A DNA stretch of 40,366 nt from Gemmatimonadales bacterium (GCA_041577295.1 JBFGJG010000037.1:1-40366); one strand, 5' to 3'; positions 29,118-39,386 are shown, counted from the stretch's first letter. The notes: generated by a model from the letters alone, not told the origin. A program made the numbers and translations.

Positions 29118-30722
29118 ATGGCTACACGACCATCGGCCAGAACGTCCAAGCGACGCATGGTGGCCAAGGACATCGAAGCAGCGGGCACCGTCCACTGGAA
29201 TCTCGAGCCAAAACAGTTCCTGGAAGCGGCGGTTCGGCGGAAGGAAGGGCGCGCGATTCGGGGCGGCCCTTTCGTTGCCAACACGACGCCCCACACCGGT
29301 CGGTCCCCCAAGGACAAGTTCGTCGTGCGGGAGCCGGCGACCGAGGGAGACATCTGGTGGGGCCCTGTGAACCAGGAGATCGATGCCGCCGCGTACCGGC
29401 GGCTCGAGAAGGCGGTGAGAGCGTATCTGAGCGAGCGAGACGAACTCTTCGTTCGCGACCTCTTCGCCGGGGCGGACCCTGCCTATCGCATCCCGGTTCG
29501 TTTCGTCACCACGCATGCGTGGAACGGGCTTTTCGTGTGGAACATGTTCATCCGCCCAGCGGTCGACATGCTCAGGAAGTTCCAGCCAGAATTCACCGTG
29601 CTCCACGCGCCGGAGATGCAGATCGACCCGGCGGAGTTCGGCACCCGCACGGGCACCTTCATCGTGGTCAACTTCGGTGAGCGAACGGTCTTGATCGGCG
29701 GAACTCGGTACGCGGGTGAGATGAAGAAGTCGATGTTCACCATCCTGAACTACCTGTACCCGCAGCGCGGGGTCTTACCGATGCACTGCTCGGCGAACAA
29801 GGGTGAGGCAGGAGACGTCGCGCTCTTTTTTGGCCTCTCGGGCACGGGGAAGACGACGCTTTCCGCCGACTCGAGTCGTGGACTCATCGGCGACGACGAG
29901 CATGGGTGGAGTGAAACTGGGGTCTTCAACTTCGAGGGCGGTTGCTACGCAAAGGTGATCCGGCTCTCAGCCGAGGGGGAGCCAGAGATCTACGCCACGA
30001 CCAAGATGGAGGGCACCATCCTCGAGAATGTGGTCGTGGATGATGCCGGTATCATTGACCTGAATGACGATAGCATTACTGAAAACACCCGGGCGTCGTA
30101 CCCAATCCAATACATCCCCAACCATGTCGGTGATGGCGTAGGCGGCCATCCACAGAATGTCGTGTTTTTGACTGCAGATGCCTTTGGCGTGTTGCCACCC
30201 GTCGCTAAGCTCACCGCAGAACAGGCGATGTATCATTTCCTCTCAGGGTACACCGCCAAGGTTGCCGGCACGGAACGAGGGGTGACCGAGCCCCAGGCGA
30301 CGTTCAGCGCGTGTTTTGGCGCGCCGTTCCTGCCCCTCCATCCGGGGGTCTACGCCAAGATGCTGGGGGAGAGGATCGAGCGGCACAACGCCAAATGCTG
30401 GCTCGTGAACACTGGGTGGACTCGTGGCGCGTACGGCACTGGACACCGGATGAGTCTTGCGCATACGCGAGCCATGGTGCGCGCGGTGCTCGCCGGCAGC
30501 CTCGACAAAACGCCCACGAGGCCCCATCCTGTGTTTGGCATCCACGTGCCACGCGAAGTACCTGGCGTACCTTCCGACGTGCTCGATCCGCGGAGCACGT
30601 GGGCTGACCCCTCGGCCTACGACCAGCAGGCGGCGAAGCTCGCGACGATGTTCCGAGAAAACTTCGGTCGTTACGCCGATGAGGTGTCGGAAGGAGTGCG
30701 GCGAGCCGGACCCGCAACCTAA
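29118..30722 (+). CDS. pckA: Phosphoenolpyruvate carboxykinase (ATP)
   Basis: [53 protein letters not shown]. Confidence 0.97.
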   Translation: MATRPSARTSKRRMVAKDIEAAGTVHWNLEPKQFLEAAVRRKEGRAIRGGPFVANTTPHTGRSPKDKFVVREPATEGDIWWGPVNQEIDAAAYRRLEKAVRAYLSERDELFVRDLFAGADPAYRIPVRFVTTHAWNGLFVWNMFIRPAVDMLRKFQPEFTVLHAPEMQIDPAEFGTRTGTFIVVNFGERTVLIGGTRYAGEMKKSMFTILNYLYPQRGVLPMHCSANKGEAGDVALFFGLSGTGKTTLSADSSRGLIGDDEHGWSETGVFNFEGGCYAKVIRLSAEGEPEIYATTKMEGTILENVVVDDAGIIDLNDDSITENTRASYPIQYIPNHVGDGVGGHPQNVVFLTADAFGVLPPVAKLTAEQAMYHFLSGYTAKVAGTERGVTEPQATFSACFGAPFLPLHPGVYAKMLGERIERHNAKCWLVNTGWTRGAYGTGHRMSLAHTRAMVRAVLAGSLDKTPTRPHPVFGIHVPREVPGVPSDVLDPRSTWADPSAYDQQAAKLATMFRENFGRYADEVSEGVRRAGPAT

Positions 30723-30731
30723 CGGTTCGCG

Positions 30732-32012
30732 GTGGCGCCCGTGGCAGGTCGAGGCCGATTCGAAGTCATCCGCGATCCCCTGTGGAACAACATTCGGGTC
30801 GATGCGGAGGCACTCGCCGTCGTAGACACCGAGCCCTTCCAACGACTGCGGTACGTTCGCCAGCTCGGTCATGCGTTCCTCGTTTACCCCGGTGCCACCC
30901 ATACACGCTTTGAACACGCCCTCGGCACATATCACCTCGCCGGACGCGCCCTGGGGTTGCTGGCCGATCGCGGAGAGCTGAATGCCGTGCCGCGAGAGCA
31001 ACAGACGCTCGTGCGGTTGGCGGCGCTCTTACACGACATTGGGCACTATCCGTTTTCGCACGCGCTGGAGGAAGCCGGGTTGCCGTCGCACGAGGTTCTG
31101 GCGCGGGATCGGTTGCGGAACCCGGAGCTCGCGGCGGCCATCGAGGGCTTTGTGATCCCATCGGTCGCGTCACGCCTCATGGAGCTCATCGCTGGTCAGA
31201 GCTCCAGCGCACTGCAGGGCCTCATTTCCGGCTCGCTGGACCTGGACAAGATCGAGTACCTGACACGAGACGCCCGCATGTGCGGGGTTCCCTACGGAAC
31301 GGTAGATGTCGACCGGCTGCTGCATTCCCTCACCATCGTCGAGCAACCAAACGGGTCCGCAGCGGTTGGTGTCCACGAAAAGGGGTTGAGCGCCTTGGAG
31401 TCGCTCTTGTTTGCCAAGTATCAGATGTACCGCAACGTGTATTGGCATCACGCTGTTCGCAGCGCGACGGCCATGTTCAAGCGTCTGGTCCGCGGTGGCA
31501 TTGCGCGGATGGAACTCGACCCTTCTTGGATCGCGCAGTCAACAGACGAGACACTCATGGAGAGGCTGCGGCATGCCGGCGATCCGGTGCTGGCGCGCCG
31601 GCTCAGGCGCCGGCATCTCTACAAGCGTGGTCTCGACCTGCCGGCCGCGCAATTACCGGAGGGGACAGGCGACTGGATACCACGCAATCCGGACTTGGTC
31701 GAGCGGGTAGAGGATCGTCTCGCCGAAGAGCTCGGCGTCCAACCAGGAGACGTGCTGCTCGATTTTCCTGCCAAACCGGAGATGCTGTCGGTCCAGTTGC
31801 CCCTGCTCATGAGTGATGGTCGCACGGACACGATCTCCACCGCCGGCGCAGAAGGACGGTTCGGCATCCAGCACGTTGCCGAAGAGCTCCACACCGCCGC
31901 GCGGAGGCTGCGACTGTTCGTCGCCGAACCCGTGAGCGTGGATCCCCGCGCGGTTTTGGCCATCGTTGAGCGGAGCGAGGCCGAGCTTGTGGCGGAGCTG
32001 GCAGCGGGGTGA
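30732..32012 (+). CDS. HD-domain phosphohydrolase (dNTP triphosphohydrolase-like)
   Basis: IRDPLW, FQRLRYVRQLG, HTRFEHALG, LLHDIGHYPFSH, DLDKIEYL, MYRNVYWH. Confidence 0.88.
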   Translation: MAPVAGRGRFEVIRDPLWNNIRVDAEALAVVDTEPFQRLRYVRQLGHAFLVYPGATHTRFEHALGTYHLAGRALGLLADRGELNAVPREQQTLVRLAALLHDIGHYPFSHALEEAGLPSHEVLARDRLRNPELAAAIEGFVIPSVASRLMELIAGQSSSALQGLISGSLDLDKIEYLTRDARMCGVPYGTVDVDRLLHSLTIVEQPNGSAAVGVHEKGLSALESLLFAKYQMYRNVYWHHAVRSATAMFKRLVRGGIARMELDPSWIAQSTDETLMERLRHAGDPVLARRLRRRHLYKRGLDLPAAQLPEGTGDWIPRNPDLVERVEDRLAEELGVQPGDVLLDFPAKPEMLSVQLPLLMSDGRTDTISTAGAEGRFGIQHVAEELHTAARRLRLFVAEPVSVDPRAVLAIVERSEAELVAELAAG

Positions 32013-32054
32013 ATGGTCGTGGCAAGCAAACGCGTAAGCAGGGTCCAGGCCCTG

Positions 32055-32089
32055 CACCCTACCCTCTACTCCCTACTCCCTCCTCCCCC
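32055..32089. repeat. Heptamer tandem repeat (CTCCCTA-like)
   Basis: cacccta-ccctcta-ctcccta-ctccctc-ctccccc at the junction of convergent genes. Confidence 0.55.
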
Positions 32090-32245
32090 CCCTGCCTCGG
32101 CCAATTGCCGCGCCAGGGTTCGGTAGTAGCGCGCTTCGTCCGGCCTGCCGGCTTGTTCCATCGAGACGGCACAGACTTCCAAGGCGTAGAGGATTGGAGT
32201 GAGGTGTTCGGCCACGATCGCCCCGAGGGACCCGGCGTCGGTCAC
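32066..32245 (-). CDS. Small hypothetical helical protein (59 aa)
   Basis: GTG start overlaps the PP2C stop (GTGA). Sequence MTDAGSLGAIVAEHLTPILYALEVCAVSMEQAGRPDEARYYRTLARQLAEAGGGGGSRE, the C-terminal part of track ORF 32066..32524. Confidence 0.55.
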   Translation of the reverse strand: MTDAGSLGAIVAEHLTPILYALEVCAVSMEQAGRPDEARYYRTLARQLAEAGGGGGSRE

Positions 32246-33027
32246 GTGGGCTGAGTCGAATCTCCGCCGATCTCGAGGTTCTCGATTTCGTCGATGCGGA
32301 TGACGACCGCGGTGATGTTGTCGAGGCCGCCTCGGTGGTTGGCTTCGGCGATCAGGGTGTCCACCATGCGGGCCGGACTCGCGGCATGACCTTTCATGAT
32401 CGCCAGAAGATCGTGGTCCTCCAGCATTCCCGTGAGCCCGTCCGAGGCTAGGAGGTAGATATCCTTGGCGCGTAACGTCCCGGCGTAAACATCCGGGGCC
32501 ACCTCGCTGTTGGCCCCGACGCACCGCGTGATGACGTTGCTGTACGGATGGGTCCGTGCCTGCTCCGGAGTCAGGTACCCGGCATCCACCTGCTCCTGAA
32601 CGTAGGAATGATCTTTGGTGAGTTGGGCGAGGCGCTCCGCCCGGAGAACGTAAGCACGGCTATCACCGACCTGGCCGATGAGATATCGGGTGCCGTTGAG
32701 GATGAGGGCGGTGGCGGTGGTGCCCATCCCACGCTTGTCCTGCTCGGTGAGCGTTCGGTTGAAGATCTTACCGTTCGCCTCGCGGATCGCGGTCCGCATC
32801 ACGTTCGCCGCTTCGGTATCGTCCGCCCCGTGAACGCCTTTCAGCTCATCCGCGATGATGGTCACCGCCATCTCGCTGGCGACTTCGCCCGCAGCGTGCC
32901 CGCCCATCCCATCGGCCACGATGAAAACGCCTTGCTCCGGCTTCATTAGGTAAGCGTCCTCGTTGCCCGACCGAATGACCCCTACGTCCGTGCGGCCAGC
33001 GCAGGTGAACTTGACCGTGGGCGACAC
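32242..33027 (-). CDS. PP2C/PPM-family Ser/Thr phosphatase (Stp1-like)
   Basis: TDVGVIRSGNED, VADGMGGHAAGEVAS, GMGTT, VGDSRAY, TKDHS, ASDGL, GGLDNIT. Start moved to GTG 33027. Confidence 0.93.
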   Translation of the reverse strand: MSPTVKFTCAGRTDVGVIRSGNEDAYLMKPEQGVFIVADGMGGHAAGEVASEMAVTIIADELKGVHGADDTEAANVMRTAIREANGKIFNRTLTEQDKRGMGTTATALILNGTRYLIGQVGDSRAYVLRAERLAQLTKDHSYVQEQVDAGYLTPEQARTHPYSNVITRCVGANSEVAPDVYAGTLRAKDIYLLASDGLTGMLEDHDLLAIMKGHAASPARMVDTLIAEANHRGGLDNITAVVIRIDEIENLEIGGDSTQPT

Positions 33028-33028
33028 G

Positions 33029-34651
33029 TTAACCGGCAAAGACAATGATGAGAACCGCAAGCACGACGAGCACCAAGAGCCCCCAGATGAGACGTGTAAA
33101 CAGTGGGGTGCCACCCGCGTGGTCGGGCTCGCGTTCGGGTTTGTGCATGAGGACTTCGCGAGGCGGCGCAACCTCCTTCCGCTCGATGGACCGCGGAGTG
33201 GGTGGCTCCTCCCACTCGGGCTTGGGCGGAGGGGCTGCTGGCTCTGGCTCGCGTGTCCGAGGGCCCGGAGGAGGCGTGCGCGGCATGGCAAACGCATCAA
33301 GAACCTGCGTGCCACCTATTTGCTCCACCGGGGCGCTGTCGTCAGTCGGCTCGAACAAGATCTCGACGTTCCCAAATCTGACCTTCGCACCCGGGGCAAT
33401 CGGGACCTCGCCCCGGATGCGTTCGCCATCAACGCTCGTCCCATTGGTCGAATCGAGGTCTACCAGGACCCAGATCCCTTCTCGTCGCTGCAGCTTGGCG
33501 TGAGTCGTGGAAACGCTCGCATCCTGGATCACCACGTCGTTGTACTCGGCGCGCCCAATGTTCGCCACCGGAACGCGGATCGCAAAGCGCGTCCCTTTGA
33601 GCGGTCCACTCCGCACCACCAGGTTGGCGAGCGCCGGCGCGTGCGAAGCGCGCTCGGGTGGTGGCGCACTGGGCTTCGGTGGGACCTCCGGGCGTTCAAC
33701 TTCCGGAGGAGTTCCGCGCGTGAGACCCGGAACTTTCACACCAGGGACCCCGAACAGCGTGTCTCGTAGCTGGTGCACGGCCCCGGGGGGCGCCGGCTGC
33801 CCCAAGTCGCGTGCACGACCTTCCCCACGGGCCTTTGACGGATCTGGTAAAAACGGATCGCGATCATCGACGGCCGGCTCGGGCGCTGGAGGCTTGGGTG
33901 GGGCGGGCTTCGCTTGGGCAGCTGGTGACTTGACCGCTTGAATCTCGATCGCAGTTCGCTCGGCGGCTTCCGCGTCGGATGCGCCCTCGGGCTCGGCCTG
34001 CTCAGCATAGAAACGAAACTCCTCCTCACCAACCCGGATGACGTCACCGCGCGCGAGCGTGTGCGACTCATGAATCCGTTCGCCGTTGACGAACGTGCCG
34101 TTGGTGCTGCGGTCGAGCAACACATATCCCATGGGGCTCGTTTGAATCTCCGCGTGCCGCCGCGAGACGTTTCGACTGGTCAGCACCACGTCGCACTCCG
34201 TGGACCGTCCGATCACCATGTTCTCCGCGCCAACGCTGTACTCCCTCCCATCCACTAGCGAAACCAGCCGGCCGCCAACGGTGCCCGCTCCTTGAGCCGG
34301 CCGTTGCGGACTCTCGCGTGAACCGCCCAGCGCCTGGTCGACGTTCATGAACTGGGTGCTACCACCCCGCCGCTCGTCTCCAAAACGGAGCTCGTGTCCG
34401 CCGATGACCACCTTGTCACCGTGGAGTAGCGGCGTCGGCTGCGCGCCGAGCCGAACCCCGTTCACCAGCACCTCGACGTCCTCTTTCGCTCTGTGTATGG
34501 AAATTTGGCCATCGGCCGTCGCCCGAACGAGAGCGTGCTGTGCGGCGACGGACCCGCCACCTAACACAATCTGCCCATCCGGATCGCTGCCGATGACCGT
34601 CTCCCCTGGATCCAGGGAGTAGCGGCGACCGCCTACTTCCAGATATGACAT
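33029..34651 (-). CDS. Membrane-anchored protein with three FHA domains
   Basis: FHA motifs IGR...VSRRHA...STNGT and IGR...VSTTHA...STNGT, plus a degenerate first copy (IGS...VAAQHA); Pro-rich linkers; C-terminal TM. Confidence 0.88.
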   Translation of the reverse strand: MSYLEVGGRRYSLDPGETVIGSDPDGQIVLGGGSVAAQHALVRATADGQISIHRAKEDVEVLVNGVRLGAQPTPLLHGDKVVIGGHELRFGDERRGGSTQFMNVDQALGGSRESPQRPAQGAGTVGGRLVSLVDGREYSVGAENMVIGRSTECDVVLTSRNVSRRHAEIQTSPMGYVLLDRSTNGTFVNGERIHESHTLARGDVIRVGEEEFRFYAEQAEPEGASDAEAAERTAIEIQAVKSPAAQAKPAPPKPPAPEPAVDDRDPFLPDPSKARGEGRARDLGQPAPPGAVHQLRDTLFGVPGVKVPGLTRGTPPEVERPEVPPKPSAPPPERASHAPALANLVVRSGPLKGTRFAIRVPVANIGRAEYNDVVIQDASVSTTHAKLQRREGIWVLVDLDSTNGTSVDGERIRGEVPIAPGAKVRFGNVEILFEPTDDSAPVEQIGGTQVLDAFAMPRTPPPGPRTREPEPAAPPPKPEWEEPPTPRSIERKEVAPPREVLMHKPEREPDHAGGTPLFTRLIWGLLVLVVLAVLIIVFAG

Positions 34652-34715
34652 CGGTTTACCGAGACCGGTGGTAAGCTACCGCCTGAAATCAGGGCGTGCA
34701 ACCAATCGTGCGGGA

Positions 34716-35777
34716 TCACCCGACCTCCGCACGCTCGTCGAATCCTTTGAGCCACCGCCAGAAGACGTAGGATCCGAATGCCACGGTCAAATAAGACACC
34801 AGAACACGCCACAGGAGCACGTACGAGGGGGTAAGCTCGCGAGGCACATAGATGGACATCACTGCCGCCGACAAAATCTCGGCGATCCCCGAGCCACCGG
34901 GCGTCGGAGCGAAATACAAAAGGAATACGATCAAGGTTTGGAGCAGCACGACGTCCACGAAGTTCGCATGGATGTTGAGGGCCCGCAGTACCAGGTAGCC
35001 AGCCAACAGCTTGTTCGCATGGGCTGCTGCGGTGAGCAGCACGGCTGCGGCGAGCGACACCCACCCCCGTCCACGGAAGAACGCCACGATCGACTCGTGG
35101 GCGCGATCGATCCCCGCGGGAAGGTGCTGCACTCTGTGAGCGAGTTTTGGACTCCCGTGCGTCTCGAGCCATTTGACCATTCGGCGGGCAAGGCGGCGGG
35201 CCAGCCCTGGGAACGACACGAGAAACAGCATGACGATCCCGATACCAACAAACCCGCCCAAACTCAGCCGAAAGAGGTCGTTGAGGCTGAGCGTGCGACC
35301 GATCACGCCGTGTTGCTCGAGCGACTGCCCTGCCCCCAAAAACACCGCAACGGGACCGGCCACCGCGAAAAACACTACGGTTGCGATGAAGCTCATGAGT
35401 CCGGAAATCATCGCCTCGGGAATGGGGATGCCCGCGCGCTTCATCGCGTAGATCATCACCGGCCCGCCACCGGTCTGTGACGGCGTGAGATAACCACCCC
35501 AGGCGTTGAGCCCAGCCGCCAGTATGCAGCTACGGATGCGTGTCGCCGGAAACACGTGGCGGGTCAACACCCACAAGCGCATCCCACCCCCAAGCCAATC
35601 GAAGGACGCTACCGCAACGCCGAGAGCGAGCCAGCCCCATTTGAGCGTAAGGAGCGCCTTGAGAAAGAGCTCCAGATTGTTTCCGTAGAACAGGATAGCG
35701 ACAAAGACCAGCAAAGAGATCGCGGCAAACAGCTCGAGGCCGCGACGGAACAGGCGGGGCGCAAGTGGACTCGCCAT
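34716..35777 (-). CDS. Lysylphosphatidylglycerol synthase TM-domain / flippase-like membrane protein (UPF0104)
   Basis: Multi-TM; TPSQTGGGP, PTPGGSGIAE, LLWRVLVSY. Confidence 0.82.
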   Translation of the reverse strand: MASPLAPRLFRRGLELFAAISLLVFVAILFYGNNLELFLKALLTLKWGWLALGVAVASFDWLGGGMRLWVLTRHVFPATRIRSCILAAGLNAWGGYLTPSQTGGGPVMIYAMKRAGIPIPEAMISGLMSFIATVVFFAVAGPVAVFLGAGQSLEQHGVIGRTLSLNDLFRLSLGGFVGIGIVMLFLVSFPGLARRLARRMVKWLETHGSPKLAHRVQHLPAGIDRAHESIVAFFRGRGWVSLAAAVLLTAAAHANKLLAGYLVLRALNIHANFVDVVLLQTLIVFLLYFAPTPGGSGIAEILSAAVMSIYVPRELTPSYVLLWRVLVSYLTVAFGSYVFWRWLKGFDERAEVG

Positions 35778-35862
35778 GAGGCTGGCCAACGTACCGCACC
35801 GACGAGCCAGGCGTCAACGGATGGGTTGGTGTCCGTGTGGGTGGCACACTATGGTTCTCCTC

Positions 35863-38676
35863 ATGCCCACGGATCGCATCGTCATTCACCGCGCCTCGCA
35901 GCACAACTTGAAAGGGATCACCGTGGAGATCCCGCGGCGGGCCATCACCGTCGTCACGGGACCGTCCGGATCGGGCAAGAGTTCGCTGGCATTCGACACG
36001 CTGTATGCGGAGGGACAACGGCGGTATGTCGAGTCCCTGTCGACGTACGCAAAGCAGTTCCTCGAGCGAATGCCAAAACCGGCGGTGGACGGATTGGATG
36101 GTGTCTCACCCGCCGTCGCGATCGAGCAGAAGAACCCGACCACGTCCAGCCGATCGACGGTCGGCACCGCGACGGAGATCTACGATTATCTCCGGCTCCT
36201 GTGGGCGCGGGTGGGACGACCGTACTGTCCGGCGTGCGGCGGCGCGGTGACGGCAGACTCCCCGAGCACGGCGGCAGATCGGCTGGTACGCGAATGCGCC
36301 GGCCGACAGCTGCTTATCTGCTTCCCACTCCCCCAGTCCACTCAGGCCAATCACGATCTGATACGTGAAAACCTCCAGGCGATGGGATTCGTGCGCGTGC
36401 TGCTCGGCACGACGGTGCATCGGGTTGACGAGCTTCCGCCCGACCTTCGTCTCGACGCGCCTGGCGTTCGGGTGGTGGTTGACCGAGTCAAGGCGACACC
36501 TGCCCTGCAGGGACGGCTCGCAGATTCGTTGGCGCTGGCGTTTGCTGAGGGCGAGGGTCTTGCCGAGGCACTCGACGAGAACCGGGTCGCGGGCTTTTCC
36601 CAACACCCCCGCTGCGTGTCGTGTGGAACAACGACTCCGCAACTCTCACCCACCCTCTTTTCGTTCAACAGCCCGCGTGGAGCGTGTCCAGGGTGCAACG
36701 GCTTTGGCGCCGTGCTCGAGTACGACGAGTCCCTTATCGTGCCGGACGCCAAACGATCACTGGCGGATGGAGCTCTGGATCCCTGGACCAAACCCCGGTA
36801 CACCAAGCGGCGGCGGATGCTGCGAGACTTCGCCCGGGCGGAAGAGATTCCGTGGGACATTCCGTGGAGGAGCCTGACGTCCGCCCAACAGCGGCTGCTG
36901 CTGCACAAGAAGGGGCGACGTTACAGCGGCGTGTTTCCTTTTCTGCGGGCCCTCGAGACCAAGCGGTATAAGCAGTATATCCGGGTCTTTCTGCGGCAAT
37001 ACCAAAAGGCGAAGGTGTGCCCGGCTTGTCACGGAGCGCGGCTCCGAGCGGAGGCCATCGCCGTGCGCGTCGGACCGTGGTCGATCGCGGATGTTGCATC
37101 CCGTACAGCCGAGGAAATCGCCCAATGGCTCGCTGCGCTCGAGCTGTCGCCCTTCGAGCGCGCCGTAGCGGAGACGATCCTGCGGGAGCTCAGCGATCGT
37201 GTCGGCTTTCTTTGTGACGTGGGGCTCGGCTACCTGTCGCTCGACCGGCAGACACGGACGCTGTCGGGTGGGGAGGCACAACGGATCGCGCTCGCGAACG
37301 CGCTTGGCGCGAGCTTGGTCGATACTCTCTACGTCCTCGACGAGCCATCGATCGGACTTCACCCGCGGGACATTCATCGCCTCTTGGCCTTGCTGCGCCG
37401 GCTGAGCGCATCGGGGAATACGGTGGTGGTGGTGGAGCACGACGCGGCGACCATCCGCGCGGCGGATCACATGGTCGAATTGGGCCCCGGAAGCGGGGAG
37501 CACGGCGGCACGCTCGTGTTCGCCGGAACCATCGACGACGCGTGCGCGGCGGCAACGCTCACCGGACAGTACCTCACGGGCGCCAAGCGGATCGCGGTGC
37601 CTAGCATGCGGCGCCGCGCCGGGCCAAGGTGGTTGAGCATTGAGGGGGCGCGGCAGCACAACCTGGAACGTGTGAACGTGGCCATCCCCCTCGGAACCCT
37701 CACGGCAGTGACGGGGGTCTCGGGATCCGGAAAATCGACGTTGGTGCACGACGTGCTGTACCGCCAACTCGCCACCAGGCTCAAGGGCGCGCACGGTGCC
37801 AAGGAGCATCTGGGCGAAGAGGTCGGGCACGTCGACAAGCTCACCGGGTGGGAGAGCCTGGACGACGTCGTGTTGGTCGATCAGTCACCGATCGGTCGAA
37901 CACCGCGCTCGAACCCGGTCACGTACGTCCGCGCATTCGATGAAGTTCGAGCACTGTTTGCCTCACAACCGCTGGCCCGGGCTCGGGGGTACACGCCGGC
38001 CACTTTTAGCTTCAATGCTGCCGGGGGTGGACGCTGCCAAGCATGCGAGGGGGCCGGACACCTGCAGATCGAGATGGTGTTCATGGCCGACGTGTTCGTG
38101 CCGTGCGAAGCGTGCGAAGGGACCCGATTCCAGCCCGAAGTCCTCGACGTGCGCATCAAAGGTCTCTCCATCCACGACGTCCTGAACCTCACCGTGGATC
38201 AGGCGATCGTACGGTTCCGTCACCAGGAGCGCCTCGGGAAAGCCCTCTGGTATCTCCAGCAAGTAGGGCTTGGCTATCTGCGCCTGGGACAGCCTGCGAC
38301 GACGCTTTCCGGTGGTGAAGCACAGCGGCTCAAGATCGCGCGCCAGCTCGCCACACTCGGCAAGCGGACCTCCCGTCGTCTGTACATCCTGGACGAGCCG
38401 ACCACCGGCCTGCACCTCGACGATGTTCGAACCCTCATCAAGGTGTTGGAGCGCTTGGTGGACACGGGACACACGGTCATCGTGATCGAACATCACCTCG
38501 ATCTGATCAAGCGGGCCGACTGGGTCATCGATCTCGGGCCTGAAGGGGGAACGGCCGGTGGGCGGGTGGTTGCCGTCGGCACGCCGGAAGACGTCGCGCG
38601 TGAAGACACACCGACGGGGCGACATTTGCGGGAGGCACTCGACGTCCCGGAAGTCGCCCAAACCGCGGTCAAGTAA
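35863..38676 (+). CDS. uvrA: Excinuclease ABC subunit A
   Basis: HNLK, GPSGSGKSSLAFDTLYAEGQRRY, two LSGGEAQR signatures, GVSGSGKST, CxxC zinc modules. Start moved to ATG 35863. Confidence 0.95.
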   Translation: MPTDRIVIHRASQHNLKGITVEIPRRAITVVTGPSGSGKSSLAFDTLYAEGQRRYVESLSTYAKQFLERMPKPAVDGLDGVSPAVAIEQKNPTTSSRSTVGTATEIYDYLRLLWARVGRPYCPACGGAVTADSPSTAADRLVRECAGRQLLICFPLPQSTQANHDLIRENLQAMGFVRVLLGTTVHRVDELPPDLRLDAPGVRVVVDRVKATPALQGRLADSLALAFAEGEGLAEALDENRVAGFSQHPRCVSCGTTTPQLSPTLFSFNSPRGACPGCNGFGAVLEYDESLIVPDAKRSLADGALDPWTKPRYTKRRRMLRDFARAEEIPWDIPWRSLTSAQQRLLLHKKGRRYSGVFPFLRALETKRYKQYIRVFLRQYQKAKVCPACHGARLRAEAIAVRVGPWSIADVASRTAEEIAQWLAALELSPFERAVAETILRELSDRVGFLCDVGLGYLSLDRQTRTLSGGEAQRIALANALGASLVDTLYVLDEPSIGLHPRDIHRLLALLRRLSASGNTVVVVEHDAATIRAADHMVELGPGSGEHGGTLVFAGTIDDACAAATLTGQYLTGAKRIAVPSMRRRAGPRWLSIEGARQHNLERVNVAIPLGTLTAVTGVSGSGKSTLVHDVLYRQLATRLKGAHGAKEHLGEEVGHVDKLTGWESLDDVVLVDQSPIGRTPRSNPVTYVRAFDEVRALFASQPLARARGYTPATFSFNAAGGGRCQACEGAGHLQIEMVFMADVFVPCEACEGTRFQPEVLDVRIKGLSIHDVLNLTVDQAIVRFRHQERLGKALWYLQQVGLGYLRLGQPATTLSGGEAQRLKIARQLATLGKRTSRRLYILDEPTTGLHLDDVRTLIKVLERLVDTGHTVIVIEHHLDLIKRADWVIDLGPEGGTAGGRVVAVGTPEDVAREDTPTGRHLREALDVPEVAQTAVK

Positions 38677-38735
38677 CCGGCAGCCTCCAGAGCCAACCGT
38701 TGACCTCAGAGACGCAACACCCAATCTTGTGCGCC

Positions 38736-39386
38736 ATGCGAAATCCCGTCTTTCTCATCGCCGCGATCGCGCTGTCGTTCGCGCCCGCTTCTGCGCAAGG
38801 CCAAGAGCAAGGTCCCATTATCGGCGCGGGCTCTACGTCCTACACCCTCCGCCCCGGCGACATCATTCGCATCACCGTCTGGGGGCGCGAGGAGCTCTCC
38901 GGTCAGTATCAGGTGAACGAGGAGGGAACCATCCAGTATCCGCTGCTCGGCGAGATCAATCTGGACAACCTCAGCGTCGCCGAAGTGCGAGACTCGATCC
39001 GCGCCGGGCTCGCGCAACTGTTTACCACGCCGTTCGTCACGATCACGCCCCTCTTCCGCATTGCCGTGCTCGGCGAGGTCCGAAACCCAGGGCTGTACAC
39101 CGTGGACCCAACACTCAGCGTGTTGGACATCGTGGCCTTGGCGGGCGGCAATACACCCGTGGGAGACCTCAACAAGATCCGGGTGTTCCGCAGCAGCGGG
39201 GAGACCCAGGTGAATTTCGAGGAGGCGAGCCTCCGAGGGCAAACGCTCCAACAGATCGGCGTGAGATCTGGCGACGAGATCGTAGTACCACGGAAGTTCT
39301 TCACCCGGAGCGATTGGTCGATCGTCTTTCAAGTCGTTCAGATCGCCCTCTCCGTGGCGATCTTCGCCAACGTGGTGAGCAACTAG
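38736..39386 (+). CDS. Polysaccharide export (Wza/Poly_export + SLBB) family protein
   Basis: Signal peptide, YTLRPGDIIRITVW, GTIQYPLLG, VLGEVRNPGLY, ALAGG, GDEIVVP, C-terminal hydrophobic helix. Confidence 0.85.
   Translation: MRNPVFLIAAIALSFAPASAQGQEQGPIIGAGSTSYTLRPGDIIRITVWGREELSGQYQVNEEGTIQYPLLGEINLDNLSVAEVRDSIRAGLAQLFTTPFVTITPLFRIAVLGEVRNPGLYTVDPTLSVLDIVALAGGNTPVGDLNKIRVFRSSGETQVNFEEASLRGQTLQQIGVRSGDEIVVPRKFFTRSDWSIVFQVVQIALSVAIFANVVSN

Noticed and set aside
33028..33315. Extension of the PP2C ORF
   Set aside because: It overlaps the FHA gene in another frame; the PP2C fold begins near 33027.
4285..37830. Many long antisense or alternative-frame ORFs (e.g. 4285..5400, 2110..3132, 15427..16389, 34668..35480, 36757..37830)
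   Set aside because: They are shadows of well-supported genes, expected in high-GC DNA, and show no recognisable motifs.
233..38676. mfd, nfo and uvrA as a DNA-repair island
   Set aside because: They are far apart in separate transcription units, and no shared operator was seen.
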